Origin: an uncultured Pirellula sp.
GTDB lineage: Bacteria > Planctomycetota > Planctomycetia > Pirellulales > PNKZ01
DNA length: 64,000 nt
Reading direction: 5' to 3'
Assembly: GCA_964633125.1 (NCBI GenBank)
Contig: CAZWDN010000002.1
Coordinates: 2,104 to 66,103 of the forward strand
Positions 18,461-28,280 of the stretch are shown piece by piece. Position numbers and translations under genes: made by a program. The number at the start of each line of letters is the position of its first letter. The first letter of the stretch is position 1. The notes below the pieces were generated by a model. The model did no database searches, had not been told where the DNA came from, and was given only the letters and a program-made list of their open reading frames with translations.

Positions 18461-18544
18461 ATTTTTTTCCTTTACATGGTCGGCGTCGCCGGGTGTAATC
18501 ACCACCTGCCTTCTTTGCATCGCCGCCGCCCCGTTAGAACCTCC

Positions 18545-20035
18545 ATGAGCGCTCCGAATCCTAAGCCCCCCTCTGCGCCCGCGTCGTCGCCGGACACGTT
18601 CGATATCACGAACCCGCCGACGACGTTCTTCGGCATCATGCGCCGCCTCGGACCGGGCCTGATCATCGCGGCATCGATCGTCGGCTCGGGCGAACTGATC
18701 GGCACGACCAAGACCGGCGCCGACGCCGGCTATTCGCTGTTGTGGCTGATCTTGATCGGCTGCGTGATCAAGGTGTTCGTGCAGATTGAGTTTGGTCGCT
18801 ATGCCGTGGCCGAAGGGGTGTCGACCATCGACGGCTTGAATCGCGTGCCGGGCCCGCGCTTCGGCGTCAATTGGCTCGTCTGGGCCTGGTTCGCCATGTT
18901 CCTCACCAGCGCGGTCGGCCAACTCGGCGGCATCTTGGGGGGCGTCGGACAACTATTGGCGATGCAGTTTCCCATTACGGGCGACTTCGTCGAGCACCTC
19001 GATCGCATTGCCGAGTATCGTGCCGCCGGCCGCATGGCCGAACTTCCGCAGGTGCGGACCTACGACGACGTCTACTACTGCGTGGGCACGGCGATCATTA
19101 CGTCGATTCTCCTGGTCGTCGGGCACTACGGCGTGGTGCAGCACGTCTCGACGTTCCTCGTTGCCGGCTTTACGGCGGTTACCGTCTTCAACGTGTTCGC
19201 CTTGCCGTACTTCGGCAACTCGCAAACCGGCTGGCAGTACATTCGCCAAGGGCTTGTATTCGCGCTGCCGGACAAGCCCGGCGCTTTGGCGACGGCGCTG
19301 GCGACGTTCGGCATCATCGGCGTCGGTGCATCGGAGCTGATTGCCTATCCGTATTGGTGCCTCGAACGCGGCTACGCGCGTTTCACCGGAAAGCGGGACG
19401 GCTCACCGCAATGGGCGGAACGGGCCCGCGGTTGGATGCGCGTCATGCATTACGACGCGTGGTTCTCGATGATTATCTACACGTTCGCCACCGTGGCGTT
19501 CTATATCCTCGGCGCCGCGATTCTGCATCCGACGGGCCAATCGCCGGAAAAGGAAGGGATGATTCGCACGCTGGCGGGGCTCTATTCCGACGTATTTGCT
19601 CCCTGGGGAGACGAAATCTTCCTGTTCGGTGCGTTTGCCGTGTTGTATTCCACGCTGTTTGTCGCGACGGCCGGAAATTCACGCGTGGCCGCCGATGCGC
19701 TCGGTGTATTCGGCTTCATCGAGAAAAGTGAAGCGCAGCGCAAGCGATGGATCACGATCTTTTGCGGCGGATTTCCTTTCCTGCAGTTGGCGATCTACTG
19801 GTGGTCGAAAGATCCCGTAGCGCTGGTGATCATCGCGGGCTTGGCCCAATCGATGCTATTGCCGCTGTTGGGCGTCGCGGCGCTGTATTATCGCTACCGT
19901 TGCTGCGATCCGCGCATCATGCCGGGGCGCACCTGGGACGTCTTTCTCTGGCTCTCAGTGTTCGGCTTGGCAATTGCCGGCACTTGGAGCGCCTATTCCG
20001 AATTCGCAAAGATCGTCAAGGCGTTCGCCTCATAA
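18545..20035 (+). CDS. mntH: Nramp-family divalent metal (Mn2+/Fe2+) transporter
   Basis: GPGLIIAASIVGSGELIGTTKTGADAGYSLLWLILIGCVIKVFVQIEFGRYAV and the multi-TM layout are typical of Nramp/MntH. The start is set at the ATG at 18545, downstream of the repeat element. Confidence 0.88.
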   Translation: MSAPNPKPPSAPASSPDTFDITNPPTTFFGIMRRLGPGLIIAASIVGSGELIGTTKTGADAGYSLLWLILIGCVIKVFVQIEFGRYAVAEGVSTIDGLNRVPGPRFGVNWLVWAWFAMFLTSAVGQLGGILGGVGQLLAMQFPITGDFVEHLDRIAEYRAAGRMAELPQVRTYDDVYYCVGTAIITSILLVVGHYGVVQHVSTFLVAGFTAVTVFNVFALPYFGNSQTGWQYIRQGLVFALPDKPGALATALATFGIIGVGASELIAYPYWCLERGYARFTGKRDGSPQWAERARGWMRVMHYDAWFSMIIYTFATVAFYILGAAILHPTGQSPEKEGMIRTLAGLYSDVFAPWGDEIFLFGAFAVLYSTLFVATAGNSRVAADALGVFGFIEKSEAQRKRWITIFCGGFPFLQLAIYWWSKDPVALVIIAGLAQSMLLPLLGVAALYYRYRCCDPRIMPGRTWDVFLWLSVFGLAIAGTWSAYSEFAKIVKAFAS

Positions 20036-20102
20036 GATTCGGCGAGATATAATCTGGGCAAGGCTCGAATTTGCGCCGGAGTCTTCTTGTCGAGCAACAC
20101 GC

Positions 20103-21077
20103 GTGAATCATTCGCGACTTGCCGTCGTCGTGCTTGGGCCGCTGCCGATCGTGGCCGCGTCGCTCGTGATCACGAATTGGTGGCGCCCCGGCGGTCGGGC
20201 CGTGGTGAGCGGCAATCACGTATTGCATGCCGACGAACCGCGAACCTCGCCCGGTTCGCCGATCGCGGCGGGCGATTTGGCCGGCGATCTTCGCAACCGC
20301 TTGGAATCGCAGTGCGCGCAGCAAGCGGCGGCGCTGCGCCCGCGGCTTGGCGCCGAGTGCGGCGTGTTGGTTCGCTCGCCGTTTGTAATTGCCGGCGATC
20401 TCACGGAGCGGCAGTTGCTCGAGTGGTACGAACGCACCATCGCTCCGGCGTCCCGCGCCTTGGGGCGCGCTTACTTCGATAAGTCTCCCGGCGCGCCGAT
20501 TACCATACTCTTGTTCTCCGGCGAGCAGAGCTACAACCGCTTCGCCAAGCATCTCTTCGGCGAAGAGGGAATCAGCGTCTACGGCTATTACAAAAGCGAT
20601 CAGCGCACGCTGGTGATGAATATCGAAACCGGCGGCGGTACGCTCGTGCATGAGCTCACGCACGCGCTGGTTGATTTCGATTTTCCGCAAGTGCCCGACT
20701 GGTTCAACGAAGGGTTGGCGTCGCTTTACGAACAGTGTCGCTTCCTGCCCGACGACGCCGGTTTGGAAGGCTTGCCGAATTGGCGACTTCCCGGGCTACA
20801 AGAAGCGATCCGACAGAAGCGACTTCGCTCGCTCGCTCAATTGATCGTCGACGACGAGTTCCGCGGCCAAGACGTGGCGATCAATTACGCTCAGGCTCGA
20901 TATTTTTGCTTGTACTTGCAAGAGCGCAAGTTGCTGGAGGAGTTCTACCGTCGCTTTCGGGCGGCGCACTCGGACGACCCTCGCGGCTTACAAACGGCAC
21001 TGGACCTGTTTGCGCCGAAGTCCTGGGACGAGATCGACCGTGAGTACCAGGAGTGGGTGCTGACGTTACGGCGTTAG
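20103..21077 (+). CDS. Putative secreted zinc metallopeptidase-like protein (HExxH; DUF1570-like)
   Basis: After a GTG start there is an N-terminal hydrophobic segment (LAVVVLGPLPIVAASLVI). The motif LVHELTHALVDFDFPQVPDWFNEGLASLYE is also present. The start codon is uncertain; the ORF track begins at 19974, overlapping the upstream gene. Confidence 0.6.
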   Translation: MNHSRLAVVVLGPLPIVAASLVITNWWRPGGRAVVSGNHVLHADEPRTSPGSPIAAGDLAGDLRNRLESQCAQQAAALRPRLGAECGVLVRSPFVIAGDLTERQLLEWYERTIAPASRALGRAYFDKSPGAPITILLFSGEQSYNRFAKHLFGEEGISVYGYYKSDQRTLVMNIETGGGTLVHELTHALVDFDFPQVPDWFNEGLASLYEQCRFLPDDAGLEGLPNWRLPGLQEAIRQKRLRSLAQLIVDDEFRGQDVAINYAQARYFCLYLQERKLLEEFYRRFRAAHSDDPRGLQTALDLFAPKSWDEIDREYQEWVLTLRR

Positions 21078-21089
21078 GGATGCTGCCGA

Positions 21090-21518
21090 CTAACGAGCAA
21101 TGGGCAACCGCCGCGTCGATAGGCCGTAGGCGAGCGTTCCCAACGTGGCGCCAACGACGTCGGCCACATAGTCTGGTAGGTTGCAATCGCGACCGGTCCA
21201 GGGCTGTGTTCGCTCGTCGATAATGCCGTAAGCCGCGAGAAAGGCGATCACGCCGAGTAATCCGACAATCCGAGTTCGCGGCCGTGCCCCGGGACGTAAT
21301 TGCCTGCGCTCATCGAATGCCCAGCAGAGCAGCGCGGCGAAGAGCCCGTAGGCGCCTACGTGTGTGAGTTTGTCCGCGTCGGCAAACGTTGCATCGAGAT
21401 ATTTCTGCTCCCGTTTCAGCGGAACGTGCATGATCAATAACAGGACCAGCCAATAGATGCCGGCCGACCAAGCGGCGATGCGTCGAATCGGGAATTTGTC
21501 GGCGTACGGGACGGGCAT
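21090..21518 (-). CDS. VanZ-like membrane protein
   Basis: It has four TM helices with DKLTHVGAYGLFAALL and IIDERTQ motifs, as in the VanZ family. Confidence 0.7.
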   Translation of the reverse strand: MPVPYADKFPIRRIAAWSAGIYWLVLLLIMHVPLKREQKYLDATFADADKLTHVGAYGLFAALLCWAFDERRQLRPGARPRTRIVGLLGVIAFLAAYGIIDERTQPWTGRDCNLPDYVADVVGATLGTLAYGLSTRRLPIAR

Positions 21519-21732
21519 CGCGCTGCTTCGTGGAGACTTGGAGGGACGTGCCGGCAGTGATGGTCGTCGGCCGGCGCAGTTTCCACGGTGTAGCCGATTT
21601 GGGCCGTTTCGGAAAGTGCCGTCGGTATGCGCTTCGCCGTTGACCCCGCTTCGGAATCTGGGCTAAGTTACTTGCACTTGGGAGGCTCCGCTGCGCCGGC
21701 TCATAGCCGTCGGCCTGCCTCCGCACAACGGC

Positions 21733-22902
21733 ATGGATGCTGTTTCAATGGTTCATTCTTTGGCGTCGGCCTTCGCGGGCCGGACCATTTTCGTTACCGG
21801 GCACACCGGCTTTAAGGGCTCTTGGCTGTCGGTCTGGTTGGCCAGATTGGGAGCTCGCGTCGTCGGTTATGCATTGCCGGCTCCCGCCGAGCCGAGCTTG
21901 TTTCGCGCGGCAGGGGTGCGCGAGCTGTTGGCCGTACACCATGAGGCGGATATACGCGACCGTGCGACCTTGCAGGCCGCGTTGCACGCCGCCAAACCCG
22001 ACGTCGTGCTGCATTTGGCCGCGCAACCCTTCGTGCGTACCGCTTACGCGGAGCCGCAGGAGACGTTCGACGTCAACGTCACGGGCACGGTCAACCTGTT
22101 GGAAAGCTTACGCACGCTCGGACGCCCGACGAGCGTCGTCGTCGTAACGACGGATAAATGCTATGAGAATCGCGAGCAAGTGTGGGGGTATCGCGAGACC
22201 GACGCCCTCGGCGGCCACGATCCCTACAGCGCGAGCAAGGCGGCCGCCGAAATTGCGACGGCTTCGTATCGACGATCGTTCTTCTCGCCTGAGAAGTTGG
22301 GCGAACACGGCATTGCCGTCGCCACGGCCCGGGCCGGCAACGTGATCGGCGGCGGTGATTGGGCCGCGGATCGGATTGTGACCGAACTCGTGCGCGCGGC
22401 GGCCGCCGGCGATGCCGCGCTGCTACGTAATCCGCGGGCCGTACGCCCGTGGCAGCATGTGCTGGAACCGCTGAGCGGCTATTTGGCGCTCGCGGCGCGG
22501 ATGATCGCCGAGCCGAAAGCCGCCTGGTGCGACGCTTGGAACTTCGGTCCGCAGGCGGGCGACGAATTGGCCGTCGGTGAGTTGGCCGAGCGATTCTTCT
22601 CGGCTTGGGGCAGCGGGCGCTGGATCGATGCGAGCAGGTCCGACCAGCCGCATGAAGCGTCCATATTGCGGCTTTGCATCGACAAGGCGATTTGGCAGCT
22701 TTCGTGGCGGCCGCAATGGAGCGTTGACGAAACCATCCAACGCACGGCGCGCTGGTACCGCGGCTACTACGCGAACCGAACGACGGCGGCCGCCGAATGC
22801 GTGCGTGATATTGTCGACTTCGAACGTTGCTTGGCGGAGTCGTCGCGCAATCGTTTCTCCGCCGCCGCGGCGAACGGCTCTTCGCAGCGCCTCGCGGCCT
22901 AA
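21733..22902 (+). CDS. rfbG: CDP-glucose 4,6-dehydratase
   Basis: FAGRTIFVTGHTGFKGSWLSVWLARLGARVVGYAL, a YSASK catalytic motif and overall collinearity with RfbG/DdhB-type enzymes. Confidence 0.9.
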   Translation: MDAVSMVHSLASAFAGRTIFVTGHTGFKGSWLSVWLARLGARVVGYALPAPAEPSLFRAAGVRELLAVHHEADIRDRATLQAALHAAKPDVVLHLAAQPFVRTAYAEPQETFDVNVTGTVNLLESLRTLGRPTSVVVVTTDKCYENREQVWGYRETDALGGHDPYSASKAAAEIATASYRRSFFSPEKLGEHGIAVATARAGNVIGGGDWAADRIVTELVRAAAAGDAALLRNPRAVRPWQHVLEPLSGYLALAARMIAEPKAAWCDAWNFGPQAGDELAVGELAERFFSAWGSGRWIDASRSDQPHEASILRLCIDKAIWQLSWRPQWSVDETIQRTARWYRGYYANRTTAAAECVRDIVDFERCLAESSRNRFSAAAANGSSQRLAA

Positions 22903-22920
22903 CGGCGGAAAGCGACTTCT

Positions 22921-23850
22921 ATGCGAGTACTACTCACCGGCGCCGGCGGATTCGTAGGTTCCTACGCGGCGCGCCGACTCTTGGCCGACGGCCATGAGCT
23001 GGCGTTATTGTTGCGACCGCGCTGCGACACCTGGCGCATTCGCGATCTTTTGCTGCGCACGCAGGTCGTTGCCGGCGATATGCAACGGTTGTCGAGCGTG
23101 CGGCGCGATATAGAAGAGTTTCGCCCCGAGGCGGTCGTGCATTGCGCCTGGCGGGGAGTCGGCAACGGGACTCGCAACGACGTAGCGCAGGAAGCGAATA
23201 TCGCGGCCTCGCTGGAGCTTGTGAATATTGCGGCCCGCGCCGGGGCGCGGAATTGGATCGGCGTCGGTTCGCAGGCGGAGTACGGTCCGTGCTCGCAACG
23301 GATCACGGAAGATTTTCCGACGCGACCGGCCACGCGTTACGGTCAGGCCAAGTTGGCGACCTGTCGCGAGGCCGGCAAACTGTGCGCGGAACTCGGCGTA
23401 CGCTTTGCTTGGCTCCGACTATTCTCCACCTACGGTCCCGGCGACGATCCGACGTATCTTATCCCGTATCTCGCGGGGCTCCTCTTGCGCGGTGAACGCC
23501 CCGTGGTCACCGCGGGCGAGCAGCTTTGGGATTACATCTATATTAGCGACGTCGCCGCGGCCATTGCGCGCGTGGTGGAGCATGACGATGCGCGCGGCAT
23601 CATGAATCTCGGCTCGGGGACCACGGCGACGATTCGTTCCATCATCGAACAGGTGCGGGCGCTGGTCGACCCGCGACTGCCGATCGGCTTCGGCGAGGCT
23701 CCGTATCGCCCCGATCAAGTCATGCATCTCGAGGCCGATATCTCGCGACTTACGGCCTTGGGCTGGCGACCGCAAGTCGAACTTCACCAGGGGCTTGCAA
23801 AGGCCGTGGCCTGGTATCGCCTACAAGCTTCGCAGTCGCTCGCGGCTTAA
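22921..23850 (+). CDS. NAD(P)-dependent epimerase/dehydratase (extended SDR; probable CDP-4-keto-6-deoxyhexose reductase/epimerase)
   Basis: MRVLLTGAGGFVGS (GxxGxxG) and a YGQAK (YxxxK) catalytic motif. It sits directly downstream of rfbG. Confidence 0.85.
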   Translation: MRVLLTGAGGFVGSYAARRLLADGHELALLLRPRCDTWRIRDLLLRTQVVAGDMQRLSSVRRDIEEFRPEAVVHCAWRGVGNGTRNDVAQEANIAASLELVNIAARAGARNWIGVGSQAEYGPCSQRITEDFPTRPATRYGQAKLATCREAGKLCAELGVRFAWLRLFSTYGPGDDPTYLIPYLAGLLLRGERPVVTAGEQLWDYIYISDVAAAIARVVEHDDARGIMNLGSGTTATIRSIIEQVRALVDPRLPIGFGEAPYRPDQVMHLEADISRLTALGWRPQVELHQGLAKAVAWYRLQASQSLAA

Positions 23851-23890
23851 CGACATCCTACACGACTTCCCGCGCGCAATCGGACGTTTC

Positions 23891-24934
23891 ATGCAAGGCA
23901 TGCCCCGTAAACTCATCAGCATCGTTACGGCCTGCTTCAATGAAGAGCCGAATCTCATCGATTGCCGCGACGCCGTCCGTCGGTTGTTTGCCGAGCAATT
24001 GACCGACTACGACTTCGAACATGTTTTCTGCGACAACTGTTCCACCGACAAGAGCCCGGCGATTCTCCGGCAGATGGCCAAAGAAGACCGGCGAATCAAA
24101 GTGATCTTCAACGCGCGCAATTTCGGCCCGTTTCGCTCGAATTTCAACGGCGTGCTGAACACGTCGGGCGATGCGGTCGTCGTACTCTTGGCGGCCGACT
24201 TGCAAGACCCCGCGGAGGTGATCGTCGATTTCGTGCGGAAATGGGAGGAGGGCTACGAGGTCGTGCACGGCATTCGGGCCAACCGCCAGGAAAGCTTCGT
24301 CATGTGCACCGTGCGGCGCGCGTACTATCGACTGGTGAGCCGGTTTGCGAATATCGAGATTCCCAACGACGTCGGCGAGTTCCAACTCATCGATCGGGCC
24401 GTCGTCGATGCGTTGCGGCAATTCGACGATCATTACCCCTATATTCGCGGCATGATCGCTTGCTGCGGCTACCGCACGACCGGTGTGCCGTTTACTTGGG
24501 TCACGCGCAAGAAGGGGTTCTCCAAGAACCGACTCTACCACCTCATCGACCAGGGGCTCAACGGCCTGATCTCGTTTACGAATCTGCCGATGCGGCTTTG
24601 CCTGCTGCTCGGGACGGGGCTGTCGTTGATCAGCATCGGCTATGCGATTTTTACGGCCGTCGTGCATCTGGTGTTTTACCGTCAACTTGCTCCGCCGGGC
24701 ATCGCGACGATCATCACGGCGATCTTCTTTTTCTCGGGCGTGATCTTGTTCTTTCTGGGCGTGATGGGGGAGTATATCAGTGCGATACACTTTCAAGTGC
24801 GGAAGCGCCCGCTCGTCACGGAGCGAGGGCGTTTGAACTTCGAGAATGCCCGGCCGCGTCGATTGGCGGCCGCGTCGGTCGCCGGCGATGCCGGCTTGTC
24901 GGTTCCTCCCTTGAAGCAGAAGGCCGCCGCCTGA
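23891..24934 (+). CDS. Family-2 glycosyltransferase, polyprenyl-phosphate glycosyltransferase type (ArnC/GtrB-like)
   Basis: ISIVTACFNEEPNL, FCDNCSTDKS and LAADLQDP are followed by two C-terminal TM helices. The start is set at the ATG at 23891. Confidence 0.85.
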   Translation: MQGMPRKLISIVTACFNEEPNLIDCRDAVRRLFAEQLTDYDFEHVFCDNCSTDKSPAILRQMAKEDRRIKVIFNARNFGPFRSNFNGVLNTSGDAVVVLLAADLQDPAEVIVDFVRKWEEGYEVVHGIRANRQESFVMCTVRRAYYRLVSRFANIEIPNDVGEFQLIDRAVVDALRQFDDHYPYIRGMIACCGYRTTGVPFTWVTRKKGFSKNRLYHLIDQGLNGLISFTNLPMRLCLLLGTGLSLISIGYAIFTAVVHLVFYRQLAPPGIATIITAIFFFSGVILFFLGVMGEYISAIHFQVRKRPLVTERGRLNFENARPRRLAAASVAGDAGLSVPPLKQKAAA

Positions 24935-25005
24935 TATAACCCGCCGCTTCTGACGGATCGAGTTTTTTGCACGCAGCCAATCGCACGCAGGCCGAAGGAG
25001 TCGGG

Positions 25006-25815
25006 ATGCAAGCAGTCATACTTTGCGGCGGACAAGGAACACGCATTCGCGATGTGACGGAAGACATTCCGAAGCCGATGATCCCGGTCGGCGGCCGGCC
25101 GATCTTATGGCACGTGATGAAGAGTTATGCTCGGTACGGCATCAAGGATTTCGTGCTTTGCCTCGGCTACAAAAGCTGGACGATCAAACGCTTCTTCCTC
25201 GACTACCATCTGGCCGGCAGCGACTTCACGCTGAGCTTGGGGGAAGACGGTCCGCTCGACATCCACGGCGGCTCGTCCGACTGCGAGGATTGGCGAATCA
25301 CGCTGGCGGAAACCGGCGAGGACGCAATGACCGGTTGCCGACTCAAACGCGTGGAAAAGTATCTGCACGGCGACCGCTTCATGCTCACGTATGCCGACGG
25401 CGTTTCCGACGTCGACATCGGCAAGCTCTTACGCTTCCACGAGTCCGGCGGGAAGATCGGCACGGTTACGGCCGTGCAACCGCCGGGACGGTTCGGCGAA
25501 TTGGAGATCTCCGCCGACGCCGCAGTGCATGAATTTGCCGAAAAGCCGGCCTTGTCGAAAGGCTTCATTAGCGGCGGATACTTCGTCTTCGAGCGACGGT
25601 TTTTGGGGCGCTTGGTCAACGACCCGACGCTCGTCTTGGAACAAGGGCCGCTGATGCGCCTGGCTCGCGACGGCGAACTCAACGCCTTCCAACACGAAGG
25701 TTTCTGGCACCCGATGGACAGCAGCCGCGACTACAAGTATCTCAACGATTTGTGGTCGTCGAACCAAGCGCCCTGGAAGACTTGGGGGACGCCGCGATTG
25801 CGTGCCGCCGCCTAA
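25006..25815 (+). CDS. rfbF: Glucose-1-phosphate cytidylyltransferase
   Basis: MQAVILCGGQGTRIRDVTEDIPKPMIPVGGRPILWHVMKSYARYGIKDFVLCLGYK is a near-textbook RfbF N-terminus. A GGAG lies 7 nt upstream of the ATG. Confidence 0.92.
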   Translation: MQAVILCGGQGTRIRDVTEDIPKPMIPVGGRPILWHVMKSYARYGIKDFVLCLGYKSWTIKRFFLDYHLAGSDFTLSLGEDGPLDIHGGSSDCEDWRITLAETGEDAMTGCRLKRVEKYLHGDRFMLTYADGVSDVDIGKLLRFHESGGKIGTVTAVQPPGRFGELEISADAAVHEFAEKPALSKGFISGGYFVFERRFLGRLVNDPTLVLEQGPLMRLARDGELNAFQHEGFWHPMDSSRDYKYLNDLWSSNQAPWKTWGTPRLRAAA

Positions 25816-25854
25816 TTACGGAACCAGACGCGGGAACACGACGTCCGCTTGAAA

Positions 25855-26412
25855 TCAGCCGCCGAACTTCGGCAGCAACTCTAGCGGAATCTCGCGCAAG
25901 AGCGGCAACCGAGCATCCTTCGCGCTCAGCAGCGGTTGCGGCGCGTTCCAGGCGACGGCGAGTTGCGGATCGTCCCAGCGCACGCCGCGGTCGTATTGCG
26001 GCAGATAGTAGTCGGTGCATTTATAGGCGAAGAGCGCCGTTTCCGAGAGCACGACGAAGCCGTGGGCGAAGCCCGGCGGAACGTAAACTTGGCGTTTGTT
26101 CGCCGCTGAGACTTCGAATACCGCGGATTGGCCGAAGGTCGGCGAGCCGACTCGAATGTCGACGGCGACGTCGAGCACCGCACCGTCGAGCACAAACACC
26201 AACTTTCCCTGCGGACGGGGCCATTGATAGTGCAAGCCGCGCAGGACGCCGCGGGCCGAACGTGAGAGATTGTCTTGTACGAACGGGCCGGGAATGCCGA
26301 GCGCCGCGTAGCGCTCGGCCTGCCACGATTCGAAAAAGAAGCCGCGCGGATCGCCGAACACTTTTGGTTCGATGATGAGCACTTCGGCGATCTCGCTCGG
26401 AAAAACTTGCAT
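25855..26412 (-). CDS. rfbC: NDP-4-dehydro-6-deoxyhexose 3,5-epimerase (RmlC/RfbC cupin family)
   Basis: IIEPKVFGDPRGFFFESW ... RGLHYQ ... KLV.V..G.V.DV.VD.R..SPTFG pattern. Confidence 0.9.
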   Translation of the reverse strand: MQVFPSEIAEVLIIEPKVFGDPRGFFFESWQAERYAALGIPGPFVQDNLSRSARGVLRGLHYQWPRPQGKLVFVLDGAVLDVAVDIRVGSPTFGQSAVFEVSAANKRQVYVPPGFAHGFVVLSETALFAYKCTDYYLPQYDRGVRWDDPQLAVAWNAPQPLLSAKDARLPLLREIPLELLPKFGG

Positions 26413-26550
26413 GGCGTGAATTCAGCTAAACTCGGAATCTTCGGATTCTACCGGCCGGTATCGCCGCCCATCGTATCGCAATCGGCGTGTCGCTAGAAGG
26501 TCGGCCGTATCGAGCCTCATTCCCGCCGGAGTCGCGTGAGGCTAGTCGGT

Positions 26551-28269
26551 CTACTTGCCGAGCAACCGTCGCACTTCCTTCCACGATCGCGTGTTGACGA
26601 CGTCCTCCTTGGTGAGGCCGGCACGGCGCGCTTGCAGGACGCCGTAACGCATCTTGTCGAGGTCGCCGGTGCTGTGGGCGTCGGTGGAAATGACGATCGG
26701 AATGCCGTGCCGCTTGGCGGCGGCGCACGCGACGTCGTCGAGATCGAGCCGCCACGGGTTGGCGTTGAGTTCCAAAAACTTCCGTTCCGTCTTCGCAACG
26801 GCGAACACCTCATCGAGGTCGACATCGTACGCCATGCGACGATTAATGAGCCTGCCGGTCGGGTGGGCGATTGCCGAAACATTCGGGTTTCGCAACGCGT
26901 CGACGATCCGCTTCGTAATCTGCTCGCGCGGCTGGTTCTGTCCGTAATGCACGCTCGCGACGACCCAATCCGCTTCGGCCAGCACGTCGTCCGGGAGGTC
27001 CATCCCTCCTTTTTCCAGAATGTCGCACTCGATGCCCTTGAGGACTTGGAACCCCTTCAGCTTCGCGTTCAAGCGATCGATTGCTTCCCACTGTCGGCGG
27101 GCTCGCTCGCCGTCGAGTCCGTTGGCCATCGAAACGCGTTGCGAGTGATCGGTGATGGCGATGTACTTCAAACCTCGGGCTTGGGCGGCGGCGACCATTT
27201 CTTCGAGCGTCGCAGTGCCGTCGGTGGCGTCGGTGTGCATATGCAGATCACCGATCAGGTCGCCGATCTCGATCAGTCGCGGCAACTTCCCCGCGGCCGC
27301 CAGGTCAAACTCGCCGCGAGCCTCACGCATCTCCGGCGGGAAGCAGGGAAGGTCGAGGGCGGCGTAAACGTCGGCTTCGGTGCGGCCCGCTATGTATTCT
27401 TCGCCGCGAAAGACGCCGTATTCGTTGAGCTTCAGTCCCCTGTCCTTGGCGAGCCCGCGAACGATGACGTTGTGCTCTTTCGAACCGGTGAAGTACTGCA
27501 GCGCCGCGCCGAACGATTCCGGCGGCACCACGCGCAGGTCGACCTGCATGCCCGAGCGCAGTCGCACCGACATTTTTGTTTCGCCGCGGGCGATCACTTG
27601 TTCAACGCCGCCGAACGCGGCAAGACGGTCCATGACGTCGGCGCCGTAAGCGGCGGTGACGAGAAAGTCCAAGTCGCCCACGGTTTCCTTGCCGCGTCGA
27701 TACGAACCGGCCGCTTCGAGTTGCTTGATTCCGGGCAGTTCCAGAAGGTGCGCGCGAATGGCGACGACCAATTCGTCGGCTTCGGCCCAAAGCATGCGTT
27801 CATGGGCCGTCGCGGCGAGATCGAGCCCGGCGAGAATCGTCGCCTCGGTCTTGGCGCCGAAGCCCTTCAGAGCTTGCACCTTGTGAGCGAGGCACGCTTG
27901 CCGCAATTCGTCGAGGGAGTTGATGCCCAGCTCTTTATGGAGCGTCGCCGCCTTTTTCGGCCCTAGCCCGGCGACTCGTAACAAGGCGAGCACCGATTGC
28001 GGAATCTGCGCCTGCAATTCCACGAGCATCGGCAGCGAGCCGGTGTCGATCAATGTCGTGATCTTGCCGGCCAAGTCGTCGCCGATTCCTTCGATATCCG
28101 TGAGCTTGCGCGCCGAATCGGCGGCGATGGCGGTGAGCGGTTCGCTGAAACCGCCGATCGTGCGCGCGGCGTTGCGATAGGCTCGCACGCGAAAGGCGTT
28201 GGCGTTCTGGAATTCGAGCAGATCGGCGACTTGATCGAACGCGTCGGCGATTTCAGCGTTGGTGGGCAT
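26551..28269 (-). CDS. polX: Family-X DNA polymerase with C-terminal PHP phosphoesterase domain
   Basis: The N-terminus NAEIADAFDQVADLLEFQNANAFRVRAYRNAARTI and GIG...HhH motifs are present. So are GSYRRGKETVGDLDFLV and a C-terminal PHP domain (DLHMHTDATDG ... ISTDAHS). Confidence 0.9.
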   Translation of the reverse strand: MPTNAEIADAFDQVADLLEFQNANAFRVRAYRNAARTIGGFSEPLTAIAADSARKLTDIEGIGDDLAGKITTLIDTGSLPMLVELQAQIPQSVLALLRVAGLGPKKAATLHKELGINSLDELRQACLAHKVQALKGFGAKTEATILAGLDLAATAHERMLWAEADELVVAIRAHLLELPGIKQLEAAGSYRRGKETVGDLDFLVTAAYGADVMDRLAAFGGVEQVIARGETKMSVRLRSGMQVDLRVVPPESFGAALQYFTGSKEHNVIVRGLAKDRGLKLNEYGVFRGEEYIAGRTEADVYAALDLPCFPPEMREARGEFDLAAAGKLPRLIEIGDLIGDLHMHTDATDGTATLEEMVAAAQARGLKYIAITDHSQRVSMANGLDGERARRQWEAIDRLNAKLKGFQVLKGIECDILEKGGMDLPDDVLAEADWVVASVHYGQNQPREQITKRIVDALRNPNVSAIAHPTGRLINRRMAYDVDLDEVFAVAKTERKFLELNANPWRLDLDDVACAAAKRHGIPIVISTDAHSTGDLDKMRYGVLQARRAGLTKEDVVNTRSWKEVRRLLGK

Positions 28270-28280
28270 ACGGCGCGAAC

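Noticed and set aside
18330-18544. Possible Mn-sensing (yybP-ykoY-type) riboswitch upstream of the Nramp gene.
   Set aside because: I could not recognise the conserved four-way-junction core sequences. The region is explained by the repeat-element tail, which also occurs upstream of an unrelated gene at 63.2 kb.
21733-25815. Interpretation as a 3,6-dideoxyhexose (abequose/tyvelose/paratose) locus.
   Set aside because: No PLP-dependent E1 (RfbH-like) or E3 reductase (RfbI-like) ORF is present in the window, so only a 6-deoxyhexose product is supported.
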